Shown here piece by piece: positions 41,165-50,524 of a stretch of DNA of 64,000 nt. Source of the stretch: Planctomycetota bacterium (GTDB taxonomy: Bacteria > Planctomycetota > UBA1135 > UBA2386). Position 1 is the first letter of the stretch; each line of letters begins with the position of its first letter. The notes under the pieces are model-generated. The model saw nothing but the letters and a program-made list of their open reading frames with translations. It made no database searches and was not told where the DNA came from. Where the stretch lies: NCBI GenBank assembly GCA_965223545.1, contig OZ245006.1:7232001-7296000 (forward strand), written 5' to 3'. The translations under genes were made by a program, and so were the position numbers.

Positions 41165-41430
41165 TCGCCAAAACGGTTCGTGTTTCGGGGCCGTGATTTC
41201 TCACGCCGCCAATCTCCTAAATCGGGTCCCCCACGCGGGAGGAGAGTCGCAGAACCAAATGAGGGGCCGCTCGAAGCGCCACCATTGCGGCAGATCGCGA
41301 AACCTCTCCGTCGCACGCCGGGGGACCCTAAGCTCTCTTGCGGCCGATGACCAGACTCCCGACACGACTCCTGCGGCTGCACCATCGCGCGAGTCTTCCA
41401 CACCGCTACGGCGCGACGGGTGTGGAGAAC
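41165..41430 (-). ncRNA. Putative bridge RNA in the IS110 left non-coding end (limits approximate)
   Basis: Nested stems GGGTCCCC/GGGGACCC and GGAGAG/CTCTCC enclose a loop with guides matching the target. A second loop around a CGTGA-GAAA-TCACG hairpin has guides matching the donor ends. Confidence 0.75.
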
Positions 41431-41471
41431 TCTAGCTTCGCAGATCATGGAACCACACATACCGTTGCGGC

Positions 41472-42959
41472 CTACAGGATCGGCAGCAGCACCGGCGCGG
41501 GGCGGATGTCGCCCTCGTCGTCGGCGGTCGCCGGTGAGGCCGCGTAAGTCGGTCGGTTCTGGTCGTCGACGAGGACGCCGCTGGCGTTGCGATAGCCACG
41601 CCAGGCGAGGTAGCGCGTCTTGGTCACGCCGTTGGCCAAGGCACCGCCGGGCAGCACGATGTCGATGCTGTCGTCGAGGATCGTGTTGGTGCCGTCTTGG
41701 TTGGTGCCGGGGCGCGCCATCAGCTGGACGACACCCATGCCGCCGAAGCCGCCGGTGGGGTTCCGGTCCCACATGGACGCGGAACTCGGTGGGGGGTACT
41801 TGCCGTCGATCGCCAGGCCGGAGAACAAACCCTGCGTGCTGATGCCGCCGTCGGCGGACACCGCGAAGCTGTAGTCGGCCAACGCGTAGGTCTCGCCGTG
41901 GGCGTGCAGGACGATTCGACCCAGCGAGTAGAGCACGACCATTCCACCGGCGCCGCCGCCGCCGCCCGCTCCCTGGTTGTTGCTGCCGGCCTGCTCGCCG
42001 CCGCCGCCGTTGCCGCCGTTGGCGGAGATGATCCCCTGTGGCCCGACCTCGATCTTGCCCGCGGCGAGGATCACCAGCGCGCCGCCGCCGCCACCGCCGC
42101 CGCCGCCCTTGTTGTTGCTGATCCAGTTGCCGATCGGCCCGCAGAACGTGCTGCGGTCGCCGCCGCCACCTCCGCCGGCACCGCCGATCGGAGCGGCCAA
42201 CTCGCCGGGAATCACGCGGCCCTGCGCGACGTCGTAGCCCGTGCCGAAGAAGTTGTTGTCCGGATCGCTGTCGGTGAAGCCGACCGGCCCCGCCGCGCCG
42301 CCGGGCAGAAACCGCTGGCTGCTGCCACTGAAGCCCATGCAGCCGTAGCCCCCCTGGCCGAGCACTTGCACGAACGAGGTGCCGTTGGCCTTGACCGGAT
42401 ACCAGGGGTCGCCCTGCGTGGCGAAGGCGCCGCCACCGCCGCCCGAGCCGCGGCCACAGTCGCTCGTGCACGACAGCCAGCCGCCGGCACCACCGAGGTT
42501 GGCGGCGCTGCCGGGCCCGAAGCCGTACTGCCCCCGCAAGCTGGGGCCAGTCACGCTCGGGCTGCCCAGGCCGCCGTTGCCGCCACCGCAGTTGCCGACT
42601 CCGCCGGCGGTGGGAAAGTTGGCCGACTGCAGCGTGTTGACGCGGTCGCCGTCACTGCCGTCGACGCGCAGGGCGCCGTTGACGACGAAGTCACCGGTGA
42701 CGATCCACACCATCGGCCGGCTGCCGGTGCCGCGCACCGTCGTGCCGGCGGGGATGGTGACGTTGCGGAAGATGAACACGCCTCCGCTGACCCCGCGCGG
42801 CGGCTTGCCCACCGGCTGGATCTGGGTGAAGTCCGTGTCGAGGATGACCTCGGCCGCCGTCGGCATGTAGTCGCACTGCGGTTGGGCGGAAACCGCGGTC
42901 GCCAGGCCGGCCGCGCACAGGGGAGCCGCAGCCAGGCCGCGGAGGAGGGTGGTTTGCAT
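41472..42959 (-). CDS. Secreted glycine-rich hypothetical protein
   Basis: Signal peptide ...AVSA-QP; multiple GGGGG tracts; 495 aa. Confidence 0.75.
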   Translation of the reverse strand: MQTTLLRGLAAAPLCAAGLATAVSAQPQCDYMPTAAEVILDTDFTQIQPVGKPPRGVSGGVFIFRNVTIPAGTTVRGTGSRPMVWIVTGDFVVNGALRVDGSDGDRVNTLQSANFPTAGGVGNCGGGNGGLGSPSVTGPSLRGQYGFGPGSAANLGGAGGWLSCTSDCGRGSGGGGGAFATQGDPWYPVKANGTSFVQVLGQGGYGCMGFSGSSQRFLPGGAAGPVGFTDSDPDNNFFGTGYDVAQGRVIPGELAAPIGGAGGGGGGDRSTFCGPIGNWISNNKGGGGGGGGGALVILAAGKIEVGPQGIISANGGNGGGGEQAGSNNQGAGGGGGAGGMVVLYSLGRIVLHAHGETYALADYSFAVSADGGISTQGLFSGLAIDGKYPPPSSASMWDRNPTGGFGGMGVVQLMARPGTNQDGTNTILDDSIDIVLPGGALANGVTKTRYLAWRGYRNASGVLVDDQNRPTYAASPATADDEGDIRPAPVLLPIL

Positions 42960-43109
42960 CTGTTTCGTCCCGTGGAGACCCGTTTGAAGGGCGCTTCGTT
43001 GCGATGGTTAGTTCCCCCGCGCAGCGCCGTTACGGGATCGGGCGAAGACCGCGCCCGACTTTTTGGCGGCAGCCGGTTCGGTTCGCGCCACGGTGGCGCT
43101 CGGGGAGGC

Positions 43110-44141
43110 ATGCACCGACGCTCCAGGATCGCGATTCTACCGACATCCTTGCTGGCCCTTGTCTGCGGTACTGGCGTCACGGCGGCGCAGAATGCGGTCA
43201 CGACCCTTCCCCACTCGGTCCGCGATGCGGGGGGCGCATCGCTCGAGGTAATGCCTCTGGGGCGGACCAAGTGCTTTCTGCAGACGTGGTACCGGGGCGA
43301 GGGGATGGTGCCGGGTCAGGTCGTGACCAGTATCGGCTGGCGCGCCGAAGTCGGCGTGACCACCGGCAGCGGCACGCTCGCGCTGGAAGTCGTGCTCGAC
43401 AACAACGCGCGTTCGATGGCCGGGTTGTCGTCGACCTTTGCGCAGAATCTGACTGCGCCGACCACCTTCTTCGCCCTGCGCAGCATCAGCTTCCCGCGCT
43501 CGACCGGCAGCCAGTTCAACCAGCCAAGCGTGTGGATCCCCGGCGACGTGCCGTTCGTCTACTCGGGGCCGCATCTGCTGGTGCAGGTCGACAACCGGAC
43601 CAGCGCGAGTCCGGGTGGCTTCAACTATCCCGTCGACGGCATCGACATGCGCAGCTCGACGTTCAAGACGCACTACACCCGGCAGGCGTGCGGGGCGACG
43701 CACCACTCGGTGTACAGCCGCGGGAGGTGGCAGCTGGACATCACCGGTGCGGCGCCAAACACGCCGGCGGCGCTGCTGTTCGGGGTCGACAACCACCGCT
43801 TTGCCGGTGCCGGGTTGCCCTTCGACCTGAGCGGGCTGGGGCTCGCCGGCTGCCGCTTGGAGCTGGCGCCGCTCGTCGTGCTCAACACCGTCGCCGACGC
43901 CAGTGGCAACGTCGCGCTGCGCTTCAACTACGCACACAGCGGCGACAGCCGGATCGTGTTCAGCCAGGGCGTGCACTTCGACGCCGCCAATCCCGGCCGG
44001 CTGGTGACGACGCGGGCCGCGGCCTCGCATTTCGGCCAGACCGGCTACGCCGCGCGCCTGTTCAACCTCAGCGTGTTTGGACCGACCGCGGAGTTCGGCC
44101 CGGACACCACCGACCGCGCCGCCGTGCTTCTGCTGCGCTGA
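43110..44141 (+). CDS. Secreted hypothetical protein with a C-terminal Cys-containing domain
   Basis: GGGGAGG RBS, ATG 43110; signal peptide ...VTAA-QN; ACG...GAAPNTPAALLFG...PFDL..LG..GC.L. Confidence 0.75.
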   Translation: MHRRSRIAILPTSLLALVCGTGVTAAQNAVTTLPHSVRDAGGASLEVMPLGRTKCFLQTWYRGEGMVPGQVVTSIGWRAEVGVTTGSGTLALEVVLDNNARSMAGLSSTFAQNLTAPTTFFALRSISFPRSTGSQFNQPSVWIPGDVPFVYSGPHLLVQVDNRTSASPGGFNYPVDGIDMRSSTFKTHYTRQACGATHHSVYSRGRWQLDITGAAPNTPAALLFGVDNHRFAGAGLPFDLSGLGLAGCRLELAPLVVLNTVADASGNVALRFNYAHSGDSRIVFSQGVHFDAANPGRLVTTRAAASHFGQTGYAARLFNLSVFGPTAEFGPDTTDRAAVLLLR

Positions 44142-44195
44142 TCGGCTCTGCGAGCGCCGGCGGCGCCGCTGCCATCGGCAGTGGTGGGCCGGGCT

Positions 44196-46901
44196 ATGAT
44201 CGGCGCAACGCCGACCGTGCCCCGAAAGCCTCCCGAAGATCATCTGCGCCGGCTCAGCGCGGCGGTCGAAGCCTTCTGGCAACACCGCCGCGCCGGTGCC
44301 GATGACGCAGCGCTCCTGGCGCGGCATCCCGAGCTGCGCGACTTGCTCGAACCGATGCTGCAGGGCGAGGTCGAGGCGGCGCCCGACGGCCCGCCGCCGG
44401 CGGCTCCCGGCGACGGCGGCGGCCTGCCGCGTTCGTTCGGTGACTTCGATCTGCGCCGCGAGCTCGGCCGGGGCGGAATGGGCATCGTCTACGAAGCCGT
44501 CGAGCGGCCGCTGGGGCGCCGCGTCGCGCTCAAGGTGCTGCGCGCCGATTACGGCCAGAGTCCGCGGCAGGTCGAGCGCTTCCGCCGCGAGGCGTCGGCG
44601 GCGGCCCGGCTCAACCACCGCGACATCGCCGCAGTGCACCGCGTCGGCGCGCAGGACGGCGTGCACTTCATCGCCATGCAGCTGGTCGAGGGAGTGCCGT
44701 TGGCGATCGCCCTCGATCGCGTCCGCGCGGCCGTCGGCGAGCAGCCGCCGGGGAGCGAGCAGACGCTCGGCAGTGGGCTTGGCCGCGGCTATCTGCGCGA
44801 GTGCGCCGAGGTGTGTGCGCGGATCGCGGACGCGCTGCAGTACGCCCACGACCACGGCGTGCTGCACCGCGACGTCAAGCCGCACAACGTGCTGCTGTCC
44901 GGCGACGGGCAGGTGACGCTGGTCGACTTCGGCCTGGCCAAGGACCTCGACGCGGACCCGCTGTCGCGCACCGGCGAGCTCGCCGGCACGCCGCAGTACA
45001 TGAGCCCGGAACAGACCGCTCGAGGTGGCGCCGTGGTCGACCACCGGACCGATGTGTATTCGCTGGGCGTGGTCCTCTACGAGCTCATCACCCTGTGCTG
45101 TCCGTTCGACGGCCCGACGACGCATGCGATCCTCGCCGACATCGCGGTGCGCGAACCGCGTCCGTTGCGCAGGCACAACCCCGCCGTGCCGATCGACCTG
45201 GAGACGGTGTGTCGAGTCGCCATGGACAAGGATGCGGCCCGTCGCTACCAGACGGCAGGTGAGCTCGCCGCCGACCTGCGCCGCTTCGCCCGCGGTGAGC
45301 CCGTGGCTGCGCGGGCCCCCGGGGTGGCGACGCGCGCGCTGCGGTGGTCGCGGCGCCACCGCGCCGCCAGCGTGGCCGGCGTGTTGGCGTTCTTGCTGGT
45401 GGTGATCGCGCCCGCGCTGTTCGGTCTGCGCGAATGGCGATCGCGCCGGGCACTGGCGGACGAGCAGGCGCGCACCGCGGCGCAGCGCGATGTCGCACGC
45501 ACAGCTCTGCATCGGGCGCGCGATGCGATCGCCGAGCTGTTCGGCGTGTTCGTCGATGACGACGTAGCGCCGCTGCCGCAGCTCGAGCAGTTGCGGCGCA
45601 CGCTGTTGGAGCGCGCAATCCCGTATGACGAGGCCTTCCTGCAGCTGGCGCCCGACGACCCGTACCTGCGCCGCGGTGCCGCCGAGTCGCACCTGCGGTT
45701 GGGCAACGCACTCGAGCAGCTCGGTCGGTTCGAGCCGGCGGCCGCGCACCTGGATTCGTGCATCGAGCAGGTTGTCGCTCTGCGCGGGGAAAGCGATGGG
45801 CCGCGGCTGCGCCAGCTGCACGCGCGTGCGCTGCGGCTTTCCGCCCGCGTCGCAGCGCGGGTCGGGCCGGTCGACCGCGCCGCCCGCGACCGCGCCGCGG
45901 CGGTCGAGCTGTTGGCGGGCTTGGTCGACGATGCGGATGCAACGGTCGCCGGGCCGGCGGCCATCGCCCTGTCGGCGCTCTTGGTGGAGCGGGCCAGAGA
46001 AGACATGCTGCGGCGCGGCGCGCTGCAGAGTGCCGATGCGGACTTGCAGCGGGCGGCCGCGCTGTGGCCGGCACTACCGCCGGCGGTGCGCGATGCCGCC
46101 GTGCATCGCGCGGCGCGCGGTGAGCTGCACCGCCAGCGAGGGCGGCTCGAGATGATGCGGGGCGATCTGCGCGCCGCCGACGAGTGCTTCTCGCAGGCGG
46201 AAGACCTGGTCGCGGCCGCTTTGGATGACGAGCCGCGCCACGCCGGCCGCCGGCGGCTGGCGGGCGATCTCGGCAACCTGCGCGGCCAGGTGCTCGACCA
46301 GCTCGGCGAGCCGGCTGCGGCCCGCGCGTGCTTTTCCGCCGCCACCGCGGCGTATCGCGACCTGGTGCGTGAGTTTCCGGACACCATGGCGTTCCGCCAT
46401 CAGCTCGGGCTGCTGCTGCACAGCAGCGGGATGTTCTGTGCGCGCCAGCAGGAGTGGCCCGTGGCCGAGCGGCACTTGGTCGAAGCACTGGCGGTGGTGG
46501 AGGAGCTCGTCGCGCGAGCGCCGCGAGCGCTCGCTGGTCAGAGTCTGCTCAGCGGCGTGCTCGACCTGCTGTCGGCGGTGCGCCAAGAGCTGCCCGATCA
46601 CGACCCGCAGCAAGTCGAGGCCGGGTTTCGCCGCGCGTTGGCGGTTCTCGAGCCGTTGCTGGCGGAGCGCCCGCAGCTGGTGCCTTTGCGCGAGAATCTG
46701 GCCAACACACTGTCCAACTTAGGCTGGTTCGCGCTGCGCCGCGGCGATCTCGACGCTGCGCGCGCGCATCTCGACCGGGCCGTCGAGGCGATCGCCACGG
46801 TGCGCGCGGCGTTGCCAAAGGACGGCCAGGTCGCGGAGGCCGCGGCGCGTATCGACGATCGCCTGGCGGCCCTGGTGCGGGCCGAGCAGGAGGTGCGGTG
46901 A
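44196..46901 (+). CDS. Membrane Ser/Thr protein kinase with a TPR-like C-terminus
   Basis: LGRGGMGIVY, VALK, HRDVKPHN, DFGLAK and GTPQYMSPEQ motifs; TM helix; start uncertain (44181, 44196 or 44217). Confidence 0.9.
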   Translation: MIGATPTVPRKPPEDHLRRLSAAVEAFWQHRRAGADDAALLARHPELRDLLEPMLQGEVEAAPDGPPPAAPGDGGGLPRSFGDFDLRRELGRGGMGIVYEAVERPLGRRVALKVLRADYGQSPRQVERFRREASAAARLNHRDIAAVHRVGAQDGVHFIAMQLVEGVPLAIALDRVRAAVGEQPPGSEQTLGSGLGRGYLRECAEVCARIADALQYAHDHGVLHRDVKPHNVLLSGDGQVTLVDFGLAKDLDADPLSRTGELAGTPQYMSPEQTARGGAVVDHRTDVYSLGVVLYELITLCCPFDGPTTHAILADIAVREPRPLRRHNPAVPIDLETVCRVAMDKDAARRYQTAGELAADLRRFARGEPVAARAPGVATRALRWSRRHRAASVAGVLAFLLVVIAPALFGLREWRSRRALADEQARTAAQRDVARTALHRARDAIAELFGVFVDDDVAPLPQLEQLRRTLLERAIPYDEAFLQLAPDDPYLRRGAAESHLRLGNALEQLGRFEPAAAHLDSCIEQVVALRGESDGPRLRQLHARALRLSARVAARVGPVDRAARDRAAAVELLAGLVDDADATVAGPAAIALSALLVERAREDMLRRGALQSADADLQRAAALWPALPPAVRDAAVHRAARGELHRQRGRLEMMRGDLRAADECFSQAEDLVAAALDDEPRHAGRRRLAGDLGNLRGQVLDQLGEPAAARACFSAATAAYRDLVREFPDTMAFRHQLGLLLHSSGMFCARQQEWPVAERHLVEALAVVEELVARAPRALAGQSLLSGVLDLLSAVRQELPDHDPQQVEAGFRRALAVLEPLLAERPQLVPLRENLANTLSNLGWFALRRGDLDAARAHLDRAVEAIATVRAALPKDGQVAEAAARIDDRLAALVRAEQEVR

Positions 46902-47539
46902 GCACCAGCCGACACGACACGTTGCACCTGCTGCGGCGGTGGCAGAGCGGTGACCAGCGCGCGCTGGATGCGTTGATCACCCGCCACCTGCCGTGGATCG
47001 CGGCGCAGGTCCGGCGGCAGGTCGGTGTCCAGCTGCGTGCCCGCGCCGAGACGCAGGACTTGGTGCACGACGCGGTCATCGAAGTGATGCGCGACGGCCC
47101 GCGCTTCGAAGTCAGCGATGAGCACGCGTTCCGGGGCCTCCTCGCCCGCATCGTCGCCAACACGCTGCGCGACCGCGCGCGCTTCGAGGGGCGGCAGCGC
47201 CGCAGCGCCGGCCGCGAGTGGGGGGGCGTGGCGGACACCGTCCTCAGTCTCGACACGCCCGGCACTGCGGGGCAGCGGCCGAGTCAGGCGGCGGCCCGCG
47301 ACGAAGAGGTTGCTTGGGTTCGCCTTGCCCTGGAGCTGCTGGCGCCGGAGGACCGCGACGTCATTTGGCTGCGCGAGTTCGAGGAGCTCGAGTTCGCCCA
47401 GGTCGGTGCGCGTTTGGGCACCGGCGCCGATGCTGCGCGGATGCGCTTTCACCGCGCTCTGCCCCGGCTCGCCTCACGGGTGGCGCAGCTGCGCAGCGGG
47501 GCGGTGCGGCAGGCGTTGACCGAGGCCGATGGTGGGTGA
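46898..47539 (+). CDS. ECF sigma factor, kinase-associated planctomycete type
   Basis: GTGA overlap with the kinase; LLRRWQSGD, LRARAETQDLVHD and AARMRFHRAL motifs. Confidence 0.88.
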   Translation: MSTSRHDTLHLLRRWQSGDQRALDALITRHLPWIAAQVRRQVGVQLRARAETQDLVHDAVIEVMRDGPRFEVSDEHAFRGLLARIVANTLRDRARFEGRQRRSAGREWGGVADTVLSLDTPGTAGQRPSQAAARDEEVAWVRLALELLAPEDRDVIWLREFEELEFAQVGARLGTGADAARMRFHRALPRLASRVAQLRSGAVRQALTEADGG

Positions 47540-47562
47540 GTGCGGCCGTCGCCGCGTCATGG

Positions 47563-49647
47563 TCAGTCTTCGATGCTCTCTTCGGCGACGCCGGCGGCGG
47601 CCGCGCGCGACAGGCGCAGTCGCCCGCGCGCGTCGAGGCCCAACACCTGCACGACGATCTCGTCCCCTTCGGCCACCGGTGGCTTGCCGGGCCCGGCGGC
47701 TGGGCCGAGCTCCTCACTCGGAATCAGGCCTTCGTTGACCTGGTTGATGCGGGCGAACGCGCCGAAGTCGCGCACGCCGGTGACCACGGCGCGGTAATAG
47801 TGTCGCGCGCGGACCACGCCGGCGGCCTGGTGCACCAGCCGCATGGCCGCGCGCGCGGCCCGGGGGGTGGCGGCGTAGACCCGCACGATCGCGTCGTCGT
47901 CGACCGTGACCCGTGCACCGGTGGATGCCTCGATGGCGCGGATGTTCGCGCCGCGCGGGCCGACGAGGTTGCCGATCGCACTCGGCATGATCGCGGTGCG
48001 TTCGGCGCGCGGCGCGTGCGGGCTCGGCTCGGTGGCGGGCGCATCGATCACGGAACGCATCGCAGCCAAGATGTGGAGGAGCCCGTCGGTGGCCTGTGCC
48101 AGCGCCTCGCCCAACTGCTCGGCGGACAAGCCGCCCACCTTGTTGTCGAGTTGCAGCGCGGTGATGCCGTGCTCGGTGCCGACCACCTTGAAGTCCATGT
48201 CGCCTAGATGGTCCTCGTCGCCGAGGATGTCGGAGAGGACGCGGGTGCGCGTTCCGTCCGTGACCAAGCCCATGGCGATGCCGGCGACCATCGCGCGCAA
48301 CGGCACGCCGGCGTCGAGCATCGCCATGCATCCGCCACAGACGGTCGCCATTGACGACGAGCCGTTGCTCATGCTGATCTCGGACTCGACGCGCACCGTG
48401 TACGGGTAGTCGTCGAACGAGGGCATGACCCGGTGGAGGCCGCGCCGCGCCAGGTGGCCGTGGCCGATCTCGCGGCGGCCCGGGCCACGGAGCGGCCGCA
48501 CCTCGCCGACGCTGTAGGGCGGAAAGCCGTAGTGGAGCAAGAAATGCTCGGTGCTGCTGCCGGCGAGGGACTCGATGCGCTGCGCATCTTCGGCGGTGCC
48601 GAGCGTGCAGCTGCACAGCGCCTGCGTCTCGCCGCGCGTGAAGATCGCCGAGCCGTGCGCGCGCGGCAGCCAACCCGTCTCGCCCCAGATCGGCCGGATG
48701 TCGGCCGGAGCGCGGCCGTCGAGCCGACGGCCCTCGGCGAGAATGGCCTCGCGGACACTTTGGGCTAGCCGGGCATCGAAGGCCGCCGCCAGCGCGCCGC
48801 GCGCCGCCGCATCCGCGGTGTCGAGGAGCGCGGTGCGCGCCGCGGCGATGGCGCTGCGCCGCGCGGTCTTGTCGGTAGTCTGCAGCGCGGCCTGCAGGGC
48901 GGCATCCGTCTCGGCGTCGAGTGTGGGCAGCGTCGGAGCAGGCGGCGGCGGCTGGCGTCGCGCGCCGGCGGAGGTCGCGAGTGCATCGATGGCCTTGCAC
49001 GCCTTGCGCAACCAGCCGGTGGCGGTCTCCAGTGCGGCCAGCGCCTCACCGGCGTCGACTTCGGCGGCCTCGCCTTCGACCATGACCAGCCCGTCGGGGC
49101 CGGCGCTGACCACGAAGTCGAGCGTGGCCTCCGCACGCTGTCGGCTCGAGGCGAACGCGTGCCAACCTCCGCCGCTGCGGACGACACGCAGCCCGGCGGC
49201 GGGCCCAGCGGCCGGCACCGGGCTGAGTCGGATCGCGGCGCCGGCGGCGAGCAGGGCCAAGCTGGTCAGGTCCGACGTCGGCTCGGCGGACATCACCGTG
49301 ACCTGTACCTGGACCTCGTGGTGGTAGCCCTTGGGAAACAGCGAGCGCAGGGTGCGGTCGATCAGCCGCGACGTCAGGACTTCGTGATCGGTGATGCGCC
49401 CCTCGCGGCGTTGGAACGAGCCTGGAATGCGGCCGGCGGCTGCCAGCTTCTCGCGGTACTCGATCTGCAGCGGCAAGAAGTCCACGCCGTCGCGGGCGTT
49501 CTCGGCGGCGACGACCGTGGCGAGGATGACGTTGTCGCCGGCGCGGGCCAGCACCGCGCCGCTGGCGTGGCAGGCGATGCGACCGGTCTCCAGGGTGCAC
49601 TCGGTGCCGGCAATCGTGACGGAGTGTCGGTGGGGCGCGTCGGGCAT
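47563..49647 (-). CDS. pnp: Polyribonucleotide nucleotidyltransferase (PNPase), divergent
   Basis: AGRIPG..RREG, RLIDR, HGSAIFTRGETQ, RREIGHG.LA, SNGSSSMA and EDHLGDMDFKV motifs; KH (GPRG) and S1 domains. Confidence 0.88.
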   Translation of the reverse strand: MPDAPHRHSVTIAGTECTLETGRIACHASGAVLARAGDNVILATVVAAENARDGVDFLPLQIEYREKLAAAGRIPGSFQRREGRITDHEVLTSRLIDRTLRSLFPKGYHHEVQVQVTVMSAEPTSDLTSLALLAAGAAIRLSPVPAAGPAAGLRVVRSGGGWHAFASSRQRAEATLDFVVSAGPDGLVMVEGEAAEVDAGEALAALETATGWLRKACKAIDALATSAGARRQPPPPAPTLPTLDAETDAALQAALQTTDKTARRSAIAAARTALLDTADAAARGALAAAFDARLAQSVREAILAEGRRLDGRAPADIRPIWGETGWLPRAHGSAIFTRGETQALCSCTLGTAEDAQRIESLAGSSTEHFLLHYGFPPYSVGEVRPLRGPGRREIGHGHLARRGLHRVMPSFDDYPYTVRVESEISMSNGSSSMATVCGGCMAMLDAGVPLRAMVAGIAMGLVTDGTRTRVLSDILGDEDHLGDMDFKVVGTEHGITALQLDNKVGGLSAEQLGEALAQATDGLLHILAAMRSVIDAPATEPSPHAPRAERTAIMPSAIGNLVGPRGANIRAIEASTGARVTVDDDAIVRVYAATPRAARAAMRLVHQAAGVVRARHYYRAVVTGVRDFGAFARINQVNEGLIPSEELGPAAGPGKPPVAEGDEIVVQVLGLDARGRLRLSRAAAAGVAEESIED

Positions 49648-49704
49648 CGCGCGACAGCCTACCGCCGACCCCGCGCCGCCTGCTAACCTGCAATCGCCGC
49701 CACG

Positions 49705-50295
49705 ATGCATCACCTGGTGACCGAACGCCTGCACCTGCGGCCGCTTGCCGCCTCCGACCTCGAGTTCTTGGCCGCCATGCACGGCGACCCCGAGGTCGCG
49801 CGCTACATCGGCCCCGGCCGCCCGCGGTCGCGCGCCGAGTCCGCCGAATGGCTCGAGCGCGCCCTGGCGCTGTACGAGACGCAGGGCCTCGGTCACCTCG
49901 CCGTGGTGCGCGCAGCTGATGGCGTCCTGCTGGGTCGCTGCGGATTGCTGCCGTTCGCCGTCGCGCGCGGCGAAGGACCCGTACGCAGGGCCTTCGTCCC
50001 GGGCGAGCCCGTGCCGGCCGGCGTGCGCACCGACACCGAACTCGAGGTCGGCTACACCTTTGCCCGCGCGGCGTGGGGGCAAGGCTACGCCACCGAGGCG
50101 GCGCGCGCGGTACGCGACGACGCGTTCGCGCGTCTCGACGTGTCATCATTGATCTCGGTCATCCATCCGAACAACACCGGATCGCGCCGCGTCGCCGAGC
50201 GCAACGGAATGCGCCAAGACGGCGAGCTCGAGGCATTTGGTTGGCGCTGCCTGCGCTACTCGATCACCAAGGCCTGGTGGGCCCAGGTCACGTAG
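49705..50295 (+). CDS. GNAT family N-acetyltransferase (RimJ/RimL-like)
   Basis: TERLHLRP, EVGY...WGQGYATEA and N..SRRVAERNGM motifs. Confidence 0.9.
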   Translation: MHHLVTERLHLRPLAASDLEFLAAMHGDPEVARYIGPGRPRSRAESAEWLERALALYETQGLGHLAVVRAADGVLLGRCGLLPFAVARGEGPVRRAFVPGEPVPAGVRTDTELEVGYTFARAAWGQGYATEAARAVRDDAFARLDVSSLISVIHPNNTGSRRVAERNGMRQDGELEAFGWRCLRYSITKAWWAQVT

Positions 50296-50449
50296 CAGCT
50301 CCGAAGAGCGCGAGCGATCCCGTCCGCAACCCCGGCCGCTCGGAGACGTCCAACCGCCCCCGCGACCGCCGCCACAGCTTGGTCCGCGTCTCCGTCACCA
50401 TCGGCGTTGGTCCGGCCCTAGGGACGACCTGCCCCCCGCCGATCGCAAG

Positions 50450-50524
50450 TGTCGAAGTCCTGACGACAACCGGCCTTTCGGAAGTGTTGTCGCCGCACGA
50501 AGATTCTCGGCCCCGGACGCTCAG
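50450..50524 (-). repeat. Family B repeat, partial copy starting at the ECF stop codon
   Basis: CTGAGCGTCCGGGGCCG..ATCTTCG.GCGGCGACAAC...ACTTCGACA is shared with 39341-39414; internal hairpin GGCGACAAC/GTTGTCGTC. Confidence 0.75.

Larger units (their letters stand above)
39527..41461 (-). mobile_element. IS110-family insertion sequence, about 1.93 kb, flanked by a duplicated TAT core
   Basis: Minus-strand junctions ..CAACGG-TAT-GTGTGG (41461-41459) and ..TTAGGAGA-TAT-CAAAGG (39526-39524); TTGACA near the right end (39544-39539); no long TIRs. Confidence 0.85.

Noticed and set aside
39341..50524. Inverted family B copies as the ends of an 11-kb composite transposon
   Set aside because: No target duplication, the interior looks like ordinary chromosomal genes, and a third copy elsewhere indicates a dispersed repeat.
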